Positions 20,328 through 30,537 of a stretch of 64,000 bases of DNA are shown one piece after another. Numbering within the stretch: the stretch's first letter is position 1; every line of letters starts with the position of its first letter. A program made the position numbers and the translations under genes. The notes beneath the pieces are model-generated. The model saw nothing but the letters and a program-made list of their open reading frames with translations, had not been told where the DNA came from and made no database searches. Source of the DNA: Clostridia bacterium (GTDB taxonomy: Bacteria > Bacillota > Clostridia > Oscillospirales > CAG-272); contig JAFTSW010000053.1 of assembly GCA_017467085.1 (NCBI GenBank), forward strand, positions 7,782-71,781, in the 5' to 3' direction.

Positions 20328-21785
20328 ATGAATTATAAGATGATAGGCAAAATCCTTGCCCTCATTTTAGGCACCTGCGCCGTCTTTATGCTACCTGCTT
20401 TGTTTATCAGTCTTGGCGTTTCGGCTCTTTCGGCAGTAAAGGGCTTTGCCATCAGCATTGCGGTAACGGGAGGGGTAGCGGCGCTGTTAGGGCTATTGTC
20501 CCGTGGCGCTAAAAAGGACTTCTTCACGGGAGAGGGCATGGCGTGCGTGGGGCTTGGCTGGGTCTTGATGAGTCTGTTTGGCTCCCTGCCCTTTGTGATT
20601 TCGGGGGAAATTCCCCGTTTCATTGATGCGCTTTTTGAAACCGTGTCGGGCTTTACCACCACGGGCGCCTCTATTCTTGGGGACGTGGAGACCCTTTCGG
20701 CAGGTATCCTCTACTGGCGCAGCTTTACCCACTGGATTGGCGGTATGGGCGTGCTGGTGTTCGTCTTGGCGGTTGCCCCCGTCAGCGGCAAAAACGAGGG
20801 CTTTACGATGCACCTGCTTCGGGCGGAAAGCCCGGGCCCCAGCGTTGGTAAGCTAATGCCCCGTATGCGGCAAACGGCAATCGTGCTGTATCTGACCTAT
20901 ATCGGGCTGACGGTGCTGGACTTTTTACTGCTTTTGGTGGATTTGCCCGCCTTTGATGCCCTTCTGACTGCCTTTGGCACGGCGGGAACGGGCGGCTTCG
21001 GCGTGAAAAACACCAGCATGATGGAGTATAGCGCTTATACGCAGATAGTCACCACCGTGTTTATGCTGCTTTTCAGCGTAAACTTTACCTGCTATTATTT
21101 ATTGATGCTGCGCCGTTTGCGCGACGTCTTGAAGGACGAGGAGCTTCGTTTGTTCGGGGCAATTATCCTTGTCAGTGTAGGGCTTATCACCTGGAATCTC
21201 TTGCAGTCGGGGCTCTTTGGCTCCTTTGGGGAAACCCTGCGGCACGCCTTCTTCCAGGTGGCAAGCATTGGCTCCAGCACGGGCTTCGTGTCAGCGGACT
21301 TTGAACTGTGGCCATCCTTCTCTAAGGCAATTTTGTTTTTCTTAATGTGTATGGGCGCCTGCGCGGGAAGCACGGGCGGCGGCTTTAAGGCGGCGCGGCT
21401 GTTGATTGTGGTAAAGATTTTGCTCCGCAACGTCTACCAGGTGCTTCGCCCTCAACGGGTGAAGGTTATCCGTATCAACGGCAAGGCGGCAGAGGAGAAG
21501 CTTCTTGCCAATACCTCCGCCTACCTGATTTTGTATTTAGCCATATTCGTAGTGAGCTTTCTTCTGGTGTCCTTAGACGGCGAGAGTGTTCTGACAAATG
21601 CTTCCTCCGTTCTGGCTTGTATCAATAATACGGGTCCCGGCTTTGAGGCGGTAGGCGCCACCTGCAACTACGGCGGGCTTGGGATTCTTTCCAAGTGCGT
21701 CCTGATTTTCGATATGCTGGCGGGACGCTTGGAGTTTTTCCCCATTCTGGTTCTGCTTCGTCCGGGCTCCTGGAAAAGAGAATAA
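20328..21785 (+). CDS. trkH: Trk/Ktr potassium uptake system, membrane subunit
   Basis: 485 aa polytopic protein with repeated pore-loop-like GFTTTGAS / TAGTGGFG / SSTGF / NNTGPG motifs. Immediately follows trkA. Confidence 0.85.
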   Translation: MNYKMIGKILALILGTCAVFMLPALFISLGVSALSAVKGFAISIAVTGGVAALLGLLSRGAKKDFFTGEGMACVGLGWVLMSLFGSLPFVISGEIPRFIDALFETVSGFTTTGASILGDVETLSAGILYWRSFTHWIGGMGVLVFVLAVAPVSGKNEGFTMHLLRAESPGPSVGKLMPRMRQTAIVLYLTYIGLTVLDFLLLLVDLPAFDALLTAFGTAGTGGFGVKNTSMMEYSAYTQIVTTVFMLLFSVNFTCYYLLMLRRLRDVLKDEELRLFGAIILVSVGLITWNLLQSGLFGSFGETLRHAFFQVASIGSSTGFVSADFELWPSFSKAILFFLMCMGACAGSTGGGFKAARLLIVVKILLRNVYQVLRPQRVKVIRINGKAAEEKLLANTSAYLILYLAIFVVSFLLVSLDGESVLTNASSVLACINNTGPGFEAVGATCNYGGLGILSKCVLIFDMLAGRLEFFPILVLLRPGSWKRE

Positions 21786-21825
21786 GAAGAGGGACATCGC
21801 TTTTTGGTTCTTCAAATAAAAAATA

Positions 21826-21860
21826 AAAAGCCGCTTGCGGATTTCCGCAAGCGGCTTTTT
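21826..21860. terminator. bidirectional rho-independent terminator
   Basis: aaaaagccgcttgcgg attt ccgcaagcggcttttt, with A/T runs on both sides, between convergent trkH and the dehydrogenase gene. Confidence 0.7.
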
Positions 21861-21874
21861 GTATGGGAAAAATA

Positions 21875-23113
21875 TCAGAAATTGCTAAGCAGGTATGCCT
21901 CTGCCTCGGCGCACCAGAGTCCCTTGTTCTTGGCAACCAGCTCCGCCAGCGTCGCAAAGCGGGCGTCCTTCTCGCCCAAGGCGGCGAAATCCGCAATGGC
22001 GGTCAAGGGCATATTGATGTGGGTGTAAATCAGCTTCTTACCGCCCTGAATGTGCGGCAGATTCAGCGTGGTGTCAATAGCGGCGTCAATACCGCCAACG
22101 TGGGTCACCATCACCGCAGGGTCGATGCGTCCCTCGCCAATCAGACGGACGATGTCCTTCATATCCTCGGGGGTGCTGCCGCTGGTGCCTGCGTAGTGGT
22201 GCTGGGTGTAATGGACGTTGTAGAAGTTTACCGTGGCGCTGAAGGCCTTGTCCATAGGACCCGCAAAGAAGTTCAGACAGCCGTCAAAGCCGAGAATGGC
22301 GTCCCCTAATTCCACAACGGCGGGAACGGGGGCGTAGACGAATACGTCGTCGTAGCCCTTGCCCTCGGTGAAGCCCAACAGGGTATCCTTGTCGGAGGTG
22401 TTGGCGAAAATCAAGGTGATGCCTCTCTTTTTTGCCTCGGCAGGGCTGAAAATCTCCTCGGCGCGGCGAAGCCTTTGCTCGTCAAGGTCGGTGATAACCA
22501 CCAAGGAGGGGGTCACATCCCCGTGCAGGGCAATATCAATAGCCACAAGGCCCATAGGACCGCAGCCTGCTAAAATAGCAACCTTGCCGCCCTCCTTGAT
22601 GTTGACAACAGGCAACAGCGCCTCGTCTAAGTGGTAGTTTGCCTTGTAGCCGCGCAAAACGCAGGAGGCAGGCTCAATGAGCGAGCCCTTGAAGTAGGCG
22701 TCGCTCTGGAGCTTAATCAAAAAGCCGTTTTGAATGATATGCTCGTATACAACGGAGTAGGTGGACACGCCGCCGATGTCGTGGAAGGAGTAGCCGATGG
22801 TCTGGTGACCGCCCAGGTAGCTCAAAACGGGAGGGATAATCACCTTCTCGCCTACCTTGTACTCGTCCTTCCAGGTGTCGCCTACCTCTACTATCTCGCC
22901 GCAGAACTCGTGACCGATAATAACGGGGTTTTCCGCTACGTTGTCGGGCACACGCAGGTGCTTGGCGCCCTGCATCGCTGTCTTGTAGGTAGACATACAA
23001 ACGCTGTCCGAAATGATTTTAATCAGAATTTCGCCGCTTTGGAGGGTGGGAAGGGTAAATTCCTCCAAGCGCAAGTCCTTTTCGCCGTACAGGCGCACTG
23101 CTTTGGTGTTCAT
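21875..23113 (-). CDS. zinc-binding medium-chain dehydrogenase, L-sorbose-1-phosphate reductase (SorE)-like
   Basis: 412 aa. N-terminus MNTKAVRLYGEKDLRLEEFTLP...DSVCMSTYK...GHEFCG (catalytic Zn ligands), Rossmann motif ILAGCGPMG, long C-terminal extension. The specific substrate is inference. Confidence 0.75.
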   Translation of the reverse strand: MNTKAVRLYGEKDLRLEEFTLPTLQSGEILIKIISDSVCMSTYKTAMQGAKHLRVPDNVAENPVIIGHEFCGEIVEVGDTWKDEYKVGEKVIIPPVLSYLGGHQTIGYSFHDIGGVSTYSVVYEHIIQNGFLIKLQSDAYFKGSLIEPASCVLRGYKANYHLDEALLPVVNIKEGGKVAILAGCGPMGLVAIDIALHGDVTPSLVVITDLDEQRLRRAEEIFSPAEAKKRGITLIFANTSDKDTLLGFTEGKGYDDVFVYAPVPAVVELGDAILGFDGCLNFFAGPMDKAFSATVNFYNVHYTQHHYAGTSGSTPEDMKDIVRLIGEGRIDPAVMVTHVGGIDAAIDTTLNLPHIQGGKKLIYTHINMPLTAIADFAALGEKDARFATLAELVAKNKGLWCAEAEAYLLSNF

Positions 23114-23149
23114 CGCTGTATTCCTTTCTTGCTTGGCGTCGGGGTTCTC

Positions 23150-24019
23150 TTATACGCGGCCGTTGCTACCGAAGACACGAATCTTGGTGCGAATGGCTTC
23201 CTTCATCTTCACCCGCGCCTCCTCAAAGACGAATGCGGGCCAGGTGGAGGGGTTCTTGATGGAGTTGAGCTTGTTCTTCAAGCCCTCGTTCATCGCGCCG
23301 ACCACGTCGGAATAAATGTTGATTTTGGTGATACCGTGATGAATAGCGGTCTGCATCTGGTCGTCGGGGGTGCCACTGCCGCCGTGAAGCACTAAGGGGC
23401 GGTCGCAAACGGCAGTAATCTCGTCCAAGCGGTCAATACGCAGGGTGGGGGTCTTTTTGTATACGCCGTGGGCGGTGCCAATGGCAACTGCCAAAGCGTC
23501 CACGTCCGTCATCTCTACGAACTTGATAACCTCGGCGGGCAGCGTCAGGGTGTCCTCGGGGTCCTCGTTCTCCACGGAATCGTTTTCGTTGCCAACCATG
23601 GCGTTTCCAACGTGTCCAAGCTCAGCCTCTACGGTGACGCCGTTTGCGTGGGCATAGTCGACTACTGCCTTGGTCATAGCGGCGTTCTCGGCAAAGGGAA
23701 GCGCCGAGCCATCGTACATCACGGAGCTGAAGCCTGCCTCTACCGCCGCCTTGATGTCCTCCATATTGGTGGCGTGGTCCAGATGCAGACAAACGGGAAC
23801 GGTGTAAAACTCGGAAGCGGCGCGCACCATCGAGGACAAGAGGGGAAGACCCTTGCCCGCCAAATCCACGCCCAGCATCATCAACAGGGCAGGGGAGCGC
23901 TCCTCCTCGCACACGTCCAGCACCGCGCGCATCATTTCGTAGTTGCTCACGTCAAAGGCGGGAATGGCGTAATGATGCTCCTTGGCGTGTCCGAGCATCT
24001 CCTTCATGGTAACTAACAT
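23150..24019 (-). CDS. class II ketose-bisphosphate aldolase (fructose/tagatose-bisphosphate aldolase family)
   Basis: Start MLVTMKEMLGHAKEHHYAIPAFDV behind AAGGAGAA. LHLDH and HGGSG metal/phosphate motifs. About 289 aa, as in GatY/KbaY-type enzymes. Confidence 0.85.
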   Translation of the reverse strand: MLVTMKEMLGHAKEHHYAIPAFDVSNYEMMRAVLDVCEEERSPALLMMLGVDLAGKGLPLLSSMVRAASEFYTVPVCLHLDHATNMEDIKAAVEAGFSSVMYDGSALPFAENAAMTKAVVDYAHANGVTVEAELGHVGNAMVGNENDSVENEDPEDTLTLPAEVIKFVEMTDVDALAVAIGTAHGVYKKTPTLRIDRLDEITAVCDRPLVLHGGSGTPDDQMQTAIHHGITKINIYSDVVGAMNEGLKNKLNSIKNPSTWPAFVFEEARVKMKEAIRTKIRVFGSNGRV

Positions 24020-24166
24020 ATTTTTTCTCCTTGCACTATGTATTTTGAGTGGTTGACATTTTGGTAATGTCCTGTTATAATTATAGCATTCAAACATTTC
24101 GAAATCAAGATATGTTCGAAATGTTTGCAAATAAACGATTTTTCAAACAAAAAGGAACAAACGGGT

Positions 24167-24865
24167 ATGGAGTTAGAGGGACGGAAAAAGGAAATAATGG
24201 CGCTGCTGTACGAGCGGGGCAAGGTGTCGGTGGGGGAGCTTTCCCGTACACTCTACGTGTCGGAGATGACGGTGCGACGGGATTTGACCGAGATGGAGAA
24301 GGACGGCTTCCTTCGCCGCTATCGAGGCGGCGCGGTTTTGAAAATCAACGAGGGAGAAATGCCCATCTCTCAGCGCTTTTTGCTTGGCAAAAGCGAAAAG
24401 GAGGAGCTGTGCCGACGGTGCGAGGGATATTTACGGGACGGAATGACCGTCTTTATTGATAGCTCCTCTACCTGCCAGTACGTGATACCCCTGGTCGCCA
24501 AGCACCAGAATATGACCATCGTCACCAATTCCGTCAAGGCGATTCTGACGGCAGGGAGCCTGCATATCCCCGCCATTCTTATCGGCGGCGAATATTACGA
24601 GCAGGATATGTGCTTAGTGGGCTCTATTGCCGAGGAGAACGTGCGGGAGCTGAACGTGGATATTGCCTTTTTCACCACCGCCGCCTATTCCGAGGAGGAG
24701 GGGGTCATATCGGATTTTGACCTGCGCCAGACGGCTATCCGCAAGCTGCTGATGAAAAACGCCAAGGAAAGCATCTTCCTCTTTGAAGCCCACAAGCTGC
24801 ACAAGCGGCTGCTCTATACCCTCTGTCGCAAGGAGGACGCCACCGCTATTATCACGGCAGAATAA
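24167..24865 (+). CDS. DeoR-family transcriptional regulator
   Basis: N-terminal wHTH (RKKEIMALLYERGKVSVGELSRTLYVSEMTVRRDL) and a C-terminal sugar-phosphate sensor domain. Divergent from the aldolase gene. Confidence 0.85.
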   Translation: MELEGRKKEIMALLYERGKVSVGELSRTLYVSEMTVRRDLTEMEKDGFLRRYRGGAVLKINEGEMPISQRFLLGKSEKEELCRRCEGYLRDGMTVFIDSSSTCQYVIPLVAKHQNMTIVTNSVKAILTAGSLHIPAILIGGEYYEQDMCLVGSIAEENVRELNVDIAFFTTAAYSEEEGVISDFDLRQTAIRKLLMKNAKESIFLFEAHKLHKRLLYTLCRKEDATAIITAE

Positions 24866-24869
24866 AAAG

Positions 24870-24912
24870 AAAAGCACTTATGACAAGAACTGTTTACATA
24901 AGTGCTTTTTTA
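24870..24912. terminator. bidirectional stem-loop terminator
   Basis: aaaagcacttatg ... cataagtgctttttt, between convergent deoR-type and eutH-type genes. Confidence 0.55.
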
Positions 24913-24924
24913 TTTTCGGGAAAA

Positions 24925-26034
24925 TCAGCCCTCTTGGGGGTCTTGGAGAGGCTGGGGCGCTTCGCCCGGATTCATACGCTTGTAGAGAATATGGGCGACC
25001 AGAAGTGCCAAGACGCCTGCTGTCAGCTTGCCTACTATCATCGGGAAAATATAGGAGGCGTCAAACGCCATCGTAAACGCCAGATGTCCCGCAAAGGTAA
25101 AGGCGGCGGAAATCAGGAAGGCGGCGTTATATACCGTTCCCTTTTTGTCCATCTTGCCCATCATTTCAAAGGTGGGCATACTGGTGGCAAGGGTGGAGAG
25201 CAGTCCCAAGGCGGAGGTTTCGTTGATTTGCAGCTTGCGGCTGGCAAAGCCCAGAGGCTTGGCAAGCACTTTGCCCACCAGGAACAAGAGAGGGAACGCG
25301 CCCGAAATCACCGCCGCGGCGTTGACGCAAATCATACTTGCCTCCTCTAAGGAAGCAAAGGCGGGGACGATTTCCCATTTTGTCAGATACTCGATAACGC
25401 CAAGCACCAGCCCCACGGTGATAAGGGCGTTCATCAAAAAGCCCAGCCACTCGAAGATTTTGACGCAGACGTTTGGGCAGAGGTAAAGCCCCACCGCCAC
25501 CAGGGCGGCAAAGAGAAAGAGGGGCAAGAGATTCAAAAGAAGCGCTAAAACGGGAATGCCGCAGACTAAACCTGCCACAAAGCTGCCGAAGGGAATGGTC
25601 ACAATGCCGCAAAGAAAGCCCGTCAGCATATCCTTGTGGTGGGATTTTGCCACCACGTTAAGGGAAACGGGAATGGTGTAGGAAATGGTGCAGCCCATCA
25701 TAGAGGACACCACTAAGCCGTTGAAGCCCCCAAGCAACGGGTCCTTGGCGATGCTTTGGGACAGGGAGGCGGCGCCCATATCGTTGGCAAAGAGAGAGGC
25801 GGGAATAATCGAGGGGTCAATGCGAAAGACGGAATAGAAAAAGTCAAAGAAGGGGGCAAGCAGCTGGGCTAAGAAGGGAGATATGACTATCATACCTATC
25901 ATAGAGAGCGCCATAACGCCCAAAAGCATAAAGCCCTTTTCAAATTCCTTTCCCAGCCCCAGCCTGTTGCCAAAGATGCGGTCGATGGCGCCGAGTGCCG
26001 AGAAGCAAAGCATAACGACGGTAATTGCGTTCAT
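24925..26034 (-). CDS. eutH: EutH-family permease (ethanolamine transporter family)
   Basis: 369 aa. Blocks shared with my recollection of E. coli EutH (FEKGFMLLG, MGCTISYTIPVSL, MPTFEMMGKMDKKGTVYNAAF, IFPMIVGKL). No other eut genes are present. Confidence 0.8.
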   Translation of the reverse strand: MNAITVVMLCFSALGAIDRIFGNRLGLGKEFEKGFMLLGVMALSMIGMIVISPFLAQLLAPFFDFFYSVFRIDPSIIPASLFANDMGAASLSQSIAKDPLLGGFNGLVVSSMMGCTISYTIPVSLNVVAKSHHKDMLTGFLCGIVTIPFGSFVAGLVCGIPVLALLLNLLPLFLFAALVAVGLYLCPNVCVKIFEWLGFLMNALITVGLVLGVIEYLTKWEIVPAFASLEEASMICVNAAAVISGAFPLLFLVGKVLAKPLGFASRKLQINETSALGLLSTLATSMPTFEMMGKMDKKGTVYNAAFLISAAFTFAGHLAFTMAFDASYIFPMIVGKLTAGVLALLVAHILYKRMNPGEAPQPLQDPQEG

Positions 26035-26080
26035 TGTAAACAGTTCTTTACAAGCCGAGGCTTATAAAGCGCGGCTCCTT

Positions 26081-26905
26081 TCAGATAAACTCCTTGAGCT
26101 TCATAGGGACAAAGCCCTCTTTTGTCAGAATGTAGACGGAATCGAAGCCGTGCGCCTCCAAATAGAGAGCCGACTCCTTGAAGTGACAGGTTAAGTCCTC
26201 CTTGGCGTGACAGTCGGAGGTGATAACCGCCCCAAGCCCCAGACGGCGGCATTCGTCCACCAAGAAGGGAGCGGGATAGGGGGAGGTGCGGTAGCCGCGG
26301 GCAATGGCGCCCGTGTTGACCTCGAAAAGGGGAATGGAGCTTGCCAGGGTCCGCAGAGAGTCAAGCGCCGCCTCGCGGTAGAGGGGGGACTCGGTATCAA
26401 AGAAGGGAACCTTCTCGGCGTGCTTGGTTACCAGGTCAAAATGCCCGATAATGTCAAAGCTTCCGTACCGGGGAAGCAGCGCCGCCTGGCGGTAGCACTC
26501 CACGGCGTAGGCAAGCCCGTTGCCGTTAAAATAGGTATCAATGACGGAGCCGACCTCCTCGGCGCTTCTGTCAAAGCCCACCTTCTTGCCGTCAATATCC
26601 AGGTAGTGGCAGGAGCCTATGAGATAATCGTAGCCCACGAGGGGTACCTCGGAGTACATTTCCATCTCCAAGCCGCAGAAAATATCCAGCCTGTCCCCGT
26701 ATTTCTCCTTCAAGCGGAGAATTTCCTTTTTATATGCCTCAGTGCCCTCCAGGCTCATAGAGCGCGAAGGGGCAAAATACATATAAGAGTGCCCCGAAAA
26801 GCCAAGGGACTGCACGCCGTGCTCGATGGCGTACAGTACCAGCTCCTCAGGGGTATCCTTTCCGTCGCAAAAGGCGGTATGTAAATGTAGGTTTTGCGTA
26901 TACAT
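26081..26905 (-). CDS. PHP-family histidinol-phosphatase-like phosphoesterase
   Basis: N-terminal HLHTAFCDG and GFSGH metal-binding motifs typical of HisJ/PHP enzymes. 274 aa. Confidence 0.75.
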   Translation of the reverse strand: MYTQNLHLHTAFCDGKDTPEELVLYAIEHGVQSLGFSGHSYMYFAPSRSMSLEGTEAYKKEILRLKEKYGDRLDIFCGLEMEMYSEVPLVGYDYLIGSCHYLDIDGKKVGFDRSAEEVGSVIDTYFNGNGLAYAVECYRQAALLPRYGSFDIIGHFDLVTKHAEKVPFFDTESPLYREAALDSLRTLASSIPLFEVNTGAIARGYRTSPYPAPFLVDECRRLGLGAVITSDCHAKEDLTCHFKESALYLEAHGFDSVYILTKEGFVPMKLKEFI

Positions 26906-26921
26906 AGGGTTGCTCCAAAAA

Positions 26922-28028
26922 TCAGGTTACTTCAAAGAAATGCTCTACCACCAGGCTTCCTGCCGCCAAAACGGCGCTATCCATACGGGAGAGCAGAACC
27001 TCCACGCTTTGCTTGGTGATAACCTTGTCCTTCAGCTTCTTGGAAATGGCAGTCGCCAGCGCCTCGCCCTTGTATACCAGGTCGCCGCCGATGACGACGG
27101 TTTGCAGGTCAAAGAGGTTAATAGCGCTTACCAAGGCGACGGAAAGATATTCCGCTTCCTTTTCCACCAGCGCCTCGGCGTCCGCATCCATTGCCTCCTG
27201 CCAGGAGGAGAACGCGGTGCCCTCCAGAATGTTGGGGATGGAGGCGTAGCATTCTAAGCACCCGCGGTTGCCGCAGTTGCATTTTTTGCCCTGGTAATCA
27301 ATAGAGATATGCCCGATTTCGTTGCCAAGCCCCTTCTTGCCGCGGTACATCGTTTCGTTGAAGATGCCGCCGCCAACGCCGTCGTTGACTAAGAGGGAAA
27401 TATAATGGGTCTTACCCACGCAGCAGCCAAAGTGGCATTCGCCAATGGCGTACGCCGTTGCCACGTTTTCCACGTAGCAGGGCATATGCAGCTGCTCGGA
27501 CAGCACCGTCAAATCCACGTTGTGCCAGGCGGTGAAGCGAGGGGGCGTTAAAATTTTCTTGTTGCGATAGTCCACAGGACCCGGGGCGGTGACGCCAACG
27601 CCGCGAATAAGGGCAGGGTCAATGCCTAACTCCTTGATATCCGCCTTCACCGTTTCCACTATCTGGGAAAGCACCTCGCGGGGGGTCATGGTGTGAGTAG
27701 CGAAGCGCTTTTTTATCAGCACCTTGCCCGACAGATTGAGAATACCAAGCTCACAATGGCGACGGGAAATATTGACGCCAACGGCGTACAGAGAATCGCC
27801 CGCAATCCTTAAGAGAATGGGACGGCGACCGATAGCCGACTGCTGGGCGCCGCATTCGTACACCAAGCCCTCCGCCAACAGCTCGTCAATCAGAACGGTG
27901 ATGGCTGCCTTGGTCAAGCCCGTTGCCTTGGCAAGAGCGGCACGGGAGCAGGGGTTTTCGTATATGGTGCGCAAAATCAGCTTTTTGTTTTGCTCCTTCA
28001 TCAGAAGCGCGTTGGTTGCGTGTTTCAA
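26922..28028 (-). CDS. ROK-family transcriptional repressor (NagC/XylR-like)
   Basis: N-terminal wHTH (CSRAALAKATGLTKAAITVLIDELLAEGLV), ROK sugar-kinase fold and zinc motif CNCGNRGCLECY. TTG start behind AAGAGGAA; an ATG 9 codons downstream is an alternative. Confidence 0.8.
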   Translation of the reverse strand: MKHATNALLMKEQNKKLILRTIYENPCSRAALAKATGLTKAAITVLIDELLAEGLVYECGAQQSAIGRRPILLRIAGDSLYAVGVNISRRHCELGILNLSGKVLIKKRFATHTMTPREVLSQIVETVKADIKELGIDPALIRGVGVTAPGPVDYRNKKILTPPRFTAWHNVDLTVLSEQLHMPCYVENVATAYAIGECHFGCCVGKTHYISLLVNDGVGGGIFNETMYRGKKGLGNEIGHISIDYQGKKCNCGNRGCLECYASIPNILEGTAFSSWQEAMDADAEALVEKEAEYLSVALVSAINLFDLQTVVIGGDLVYKGEALATAISKKLKDKVITKQSVEVLLSRMDSAVLAAGSLVVEHFFEVT

Positions 28029-28213
28029 TATATTCCTCTTTCTGCCGCCCTGAGGCTATCACTGGCAAAGATTGTCATACATCTAAAATTGTAGCATACC
28101 CGACCCGACTTGTCAAGAGGAATAGGGACTTCCACCCACAAAAGAAGGCGAAAAAAATTACTTTTTCACGAAAAAAGAGAGCCTTGGCGCGCCAAGGCTC
28201 TTCTGTATGGGAT

Positions 28214-29023
28214 TTATGCAAAAATATAATCGAGCAGCTTTTCGTATTCGGAAAAGTCGGGGATGATGACGGAAGCCCCTGCCTGCAAAAGGCGGCCTCT
28301 CTTCCAATCGTCCACCTCGCCGCTGCGGTTCGCCTCGTCCGTGGCAACGCCCACGGTGTAGCCGCCGATGTTGGCAACCAGCTCAATTTCCACGTACCCG
28401 TCGCCAAAGGAAATCAGCTCCTCGGGACGCAGCTTGCCCTCGTTGATAAGGGAATTGATAACCATTTCCTTGGAGCAGTCGGTCATATAATCGTGGGCGC
28501 CGTAGATGTGCCCGTCAAACGCCTTGTCGAGTCCCAGAAGGCTTGCCTCGTACAGAACGTCCTTTTCGTCGGTGCCGCTGGCAAGATAGCAGGAAATGCC
28601 GCGCTCCTTTAAGGCATTGACAAACTCAATGCAACCGGGAACCACCATATCGGCAGGGGCGTACTTGCCGCTTTTGAGCCCCTCTATTCTGTCCTTGGTG
28701 TGAATGGAAAGACGGCGCAGGTACTCCCGCTTGTATTCCATAGGCTCCACAAAGGCGCCGCCGCGCTTGACGACCTCCTCGGTGAGCTGCATACACTGGA
28801 AAATGGTCTGCTTGCCCGTCAGAATGTCCACGAAGTCCCGTACGATACGGGGAATGTCCTCCATTTCCTCGGGGGCGGCAACCTCGGACAGCACCTCAAT
28901 AAAATAAGGCACCATAATCTCCTGCCAGCCGCTGCGAATGAGGCTGACCGTTCCGTCAAAATCAAAAAGGGCGGTTTTGAAATGGGGCTTCTCCAAGGGC
29001 TTGACAATTTCCATATTCCACAT
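28214..29023 (-). CDS. HAD-superfamily hydrolase
   Basis: Motif I ALFDFDGTV. Cap and core motifs (LASGT, GDG). AAGGAG RBS. Confidence 0.7.
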   Translation of the reverse strand: MWNMEIVKPLEKPHFKTALFDFDGTVSLIRSGWQEIMVPYFIEVLSEVAAPEEMEDIPRIVRDFVDILTGKQTIFQCMQLTEEVVKRGGAFVEPMEYKREYLRRLSIHTKDRIEGLKSGKYAPADMVVPGCIEFVNALKERGISCYLASGTDEKDVLYEASLLGLDKAFDGHIYGAHDYMTDCSKEMVINSLINEGKLRPEELISFGDGYVEIELVANIGGYTVGVATDEANRSGEVDDWKRGRLLQAGASVIIPDFSEYEKLLDYIFA

Positions 29024-29301
29024 ATGCGTTTCTCCTTATACCAGATGATTAAATGAATGAACTATCTTTTGTATTGTAGCATAAAAGTATGGACTTGTCA
29101 AGAGAATGGGGCAACGCATCGAGAAAAATCCGCAGATGCGGGTTTTCTCATATCCAATTGCCGCAAAGCGGCAATAGCTCGAATTTGTCAAAGGCAAATA
29201 TATCAAGTGGACGTTGGCGCAACGCCAACGTCCACATCTCGACAAAATTCTTCATACCCGTCAGGGCAATTCATTGCGCTCTGCCCTTGGCGCAACGCCC
29301 T

Positions 29302-30282
29302 TTACTTCTTTCCTTTGCCGCCGATGGCGTTGGTGATAACGTCCACAAGGGGCGAGAGGGCGCCGCCAATGACGAAGGCAAGCCAGGTAATGTGCCAGGC
29401 GTGGGTGGTGAAGCTGACGGTGAGATAGATAGCCACGATAAGGCACCAATACAGGGTATCGATGCTTTCCTTCAAGCGGCTCTTTTCCTTTTCGCCCTCG
29501 GCAAACTCGCCCTCCTTCAGGAGGCGTTTGACGGCTTCGTTCTCCACGCCGCAGCGGATAAAGAGGAAAACGCCAATGGCAACCAACAGAAGCAGCACGC
29601 CGACTGCCGCTGCCGTCAGCATATCGTTTTGCATAAAGGTGGAGAGAATCAGCGGAACGGGCGAAAGCACGCAAAGGCAAACGGCAACCACGTTGCCGAG
29701 AATGTAGCCGCCGCGGGCGGCGTCCCGTTGGTCTGCAAGGGCGTCCTTGACGCCTGCGGCAAGAATAAACTCGCCTTTTTCAATAAAGCGGTAGGCTTCT
29801 CCCTTCAAGCCGCTGTATACGAACATAGCCACGGCAATTGCCACCAGCAGGAAAAGGGCAATAAAGCCCACCACCCCTGCCACCGTTTCGGTGAGCATCG
29901 GGGAGGGAAGCGAGGCGGCGGCGCCAAGCAAAATGAGCGCAACGGGGGAGAGAATACAAAGAAGAGTGGCGAAGCCGATTTGCACGGCGGCGCGGCGCCG
30001 TCCTGCCAGATACGCCTCTGCCTCCTCGCCCGTCAGCCGCCGAGGTTCTGCCTTGGGGGCGGCGGTGTCCTCCGCCTCCTCCTCTACGGACTCCTTCAGA
30101 AGATAATCGGTAGAAACCTCAAAAAGGGCGCTGAGCTGTAAGAGCTTTTCCAAATCGGGAAGCGCCTGTCCGCTTTCCCACTTGGAAACCGCTTGTCTGG
30201 AAACGCCCATCTTGTCGGCAAGCTCCTCCTGGGACCAGCCCTGTCTTTTCCGCAATTTGATAATTTTTTCAGCCGTTGTCAT
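29302..30282 (-). CDS. membrane-tethered XRE-family HTH protein
   Basis: N-terminal HTH_3 ([33 protein letters not shown]), an acidic linker, then about 6 predicted TM helices. Confidence 0.75.
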   Translation of the reverse strand: MTTAEKIIKLRKRQGWSQEELADKMGVSRQAVSKWESGQALPDLEKLLQLSALFEVSTDYLLKESVEEEAEDTAAPKAEPRRLTGEEAEAYLAGRRRAAVQIGFATLLCILSPVALILLGAAASLPSPMLTETVAGVVGFIALFLLVAIAVAMFVYSGLKGEAYRFIEKGEFILAAGVKDALADQRDAARGGYILGNVVAVCLCVLSPVPLILSTFMQNDMLTAAAVGVLLLLVAIGVFLFIRCGVENEAVKRLLKEGEFAEGEKEKSRLKESIDTLYWCLIVAIYLTVSFTTHAWHITWLAFVIGGALSPLVDVITNAIGGKGKK

Positions 30283-30537
30283 GTCTGTAACCTTCCTTTC
30301 AGTATAAGCTAAGCCTTTTTCGGTATAGGCGGCGTCTGGCTATCGTCTGCAAGAGAAAACCAAAGCTCTTGCCTTTCCTTGCACCCCTATTATAGCACAA
30401 AACTTGGTTGCGTGCAACCAACCGCCACCAATCATTTTGTCAACCGCAGGTTGCGAAATGCAAAAAACGCCCCTTTTCGGTGACTCTACGCAAAAAAACC
30501 GCCCGTGCAAGTCGCACGGGCGGCAAATTTTTAACCG

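Noticed and set aside
24925-26034. Ethanolamine-utilisation (eut) operon or microcompartment locus.
   Set aside because: Only eutH is present. There is no eutBC lyase, eutE/eutD or shell protein gene within the window.
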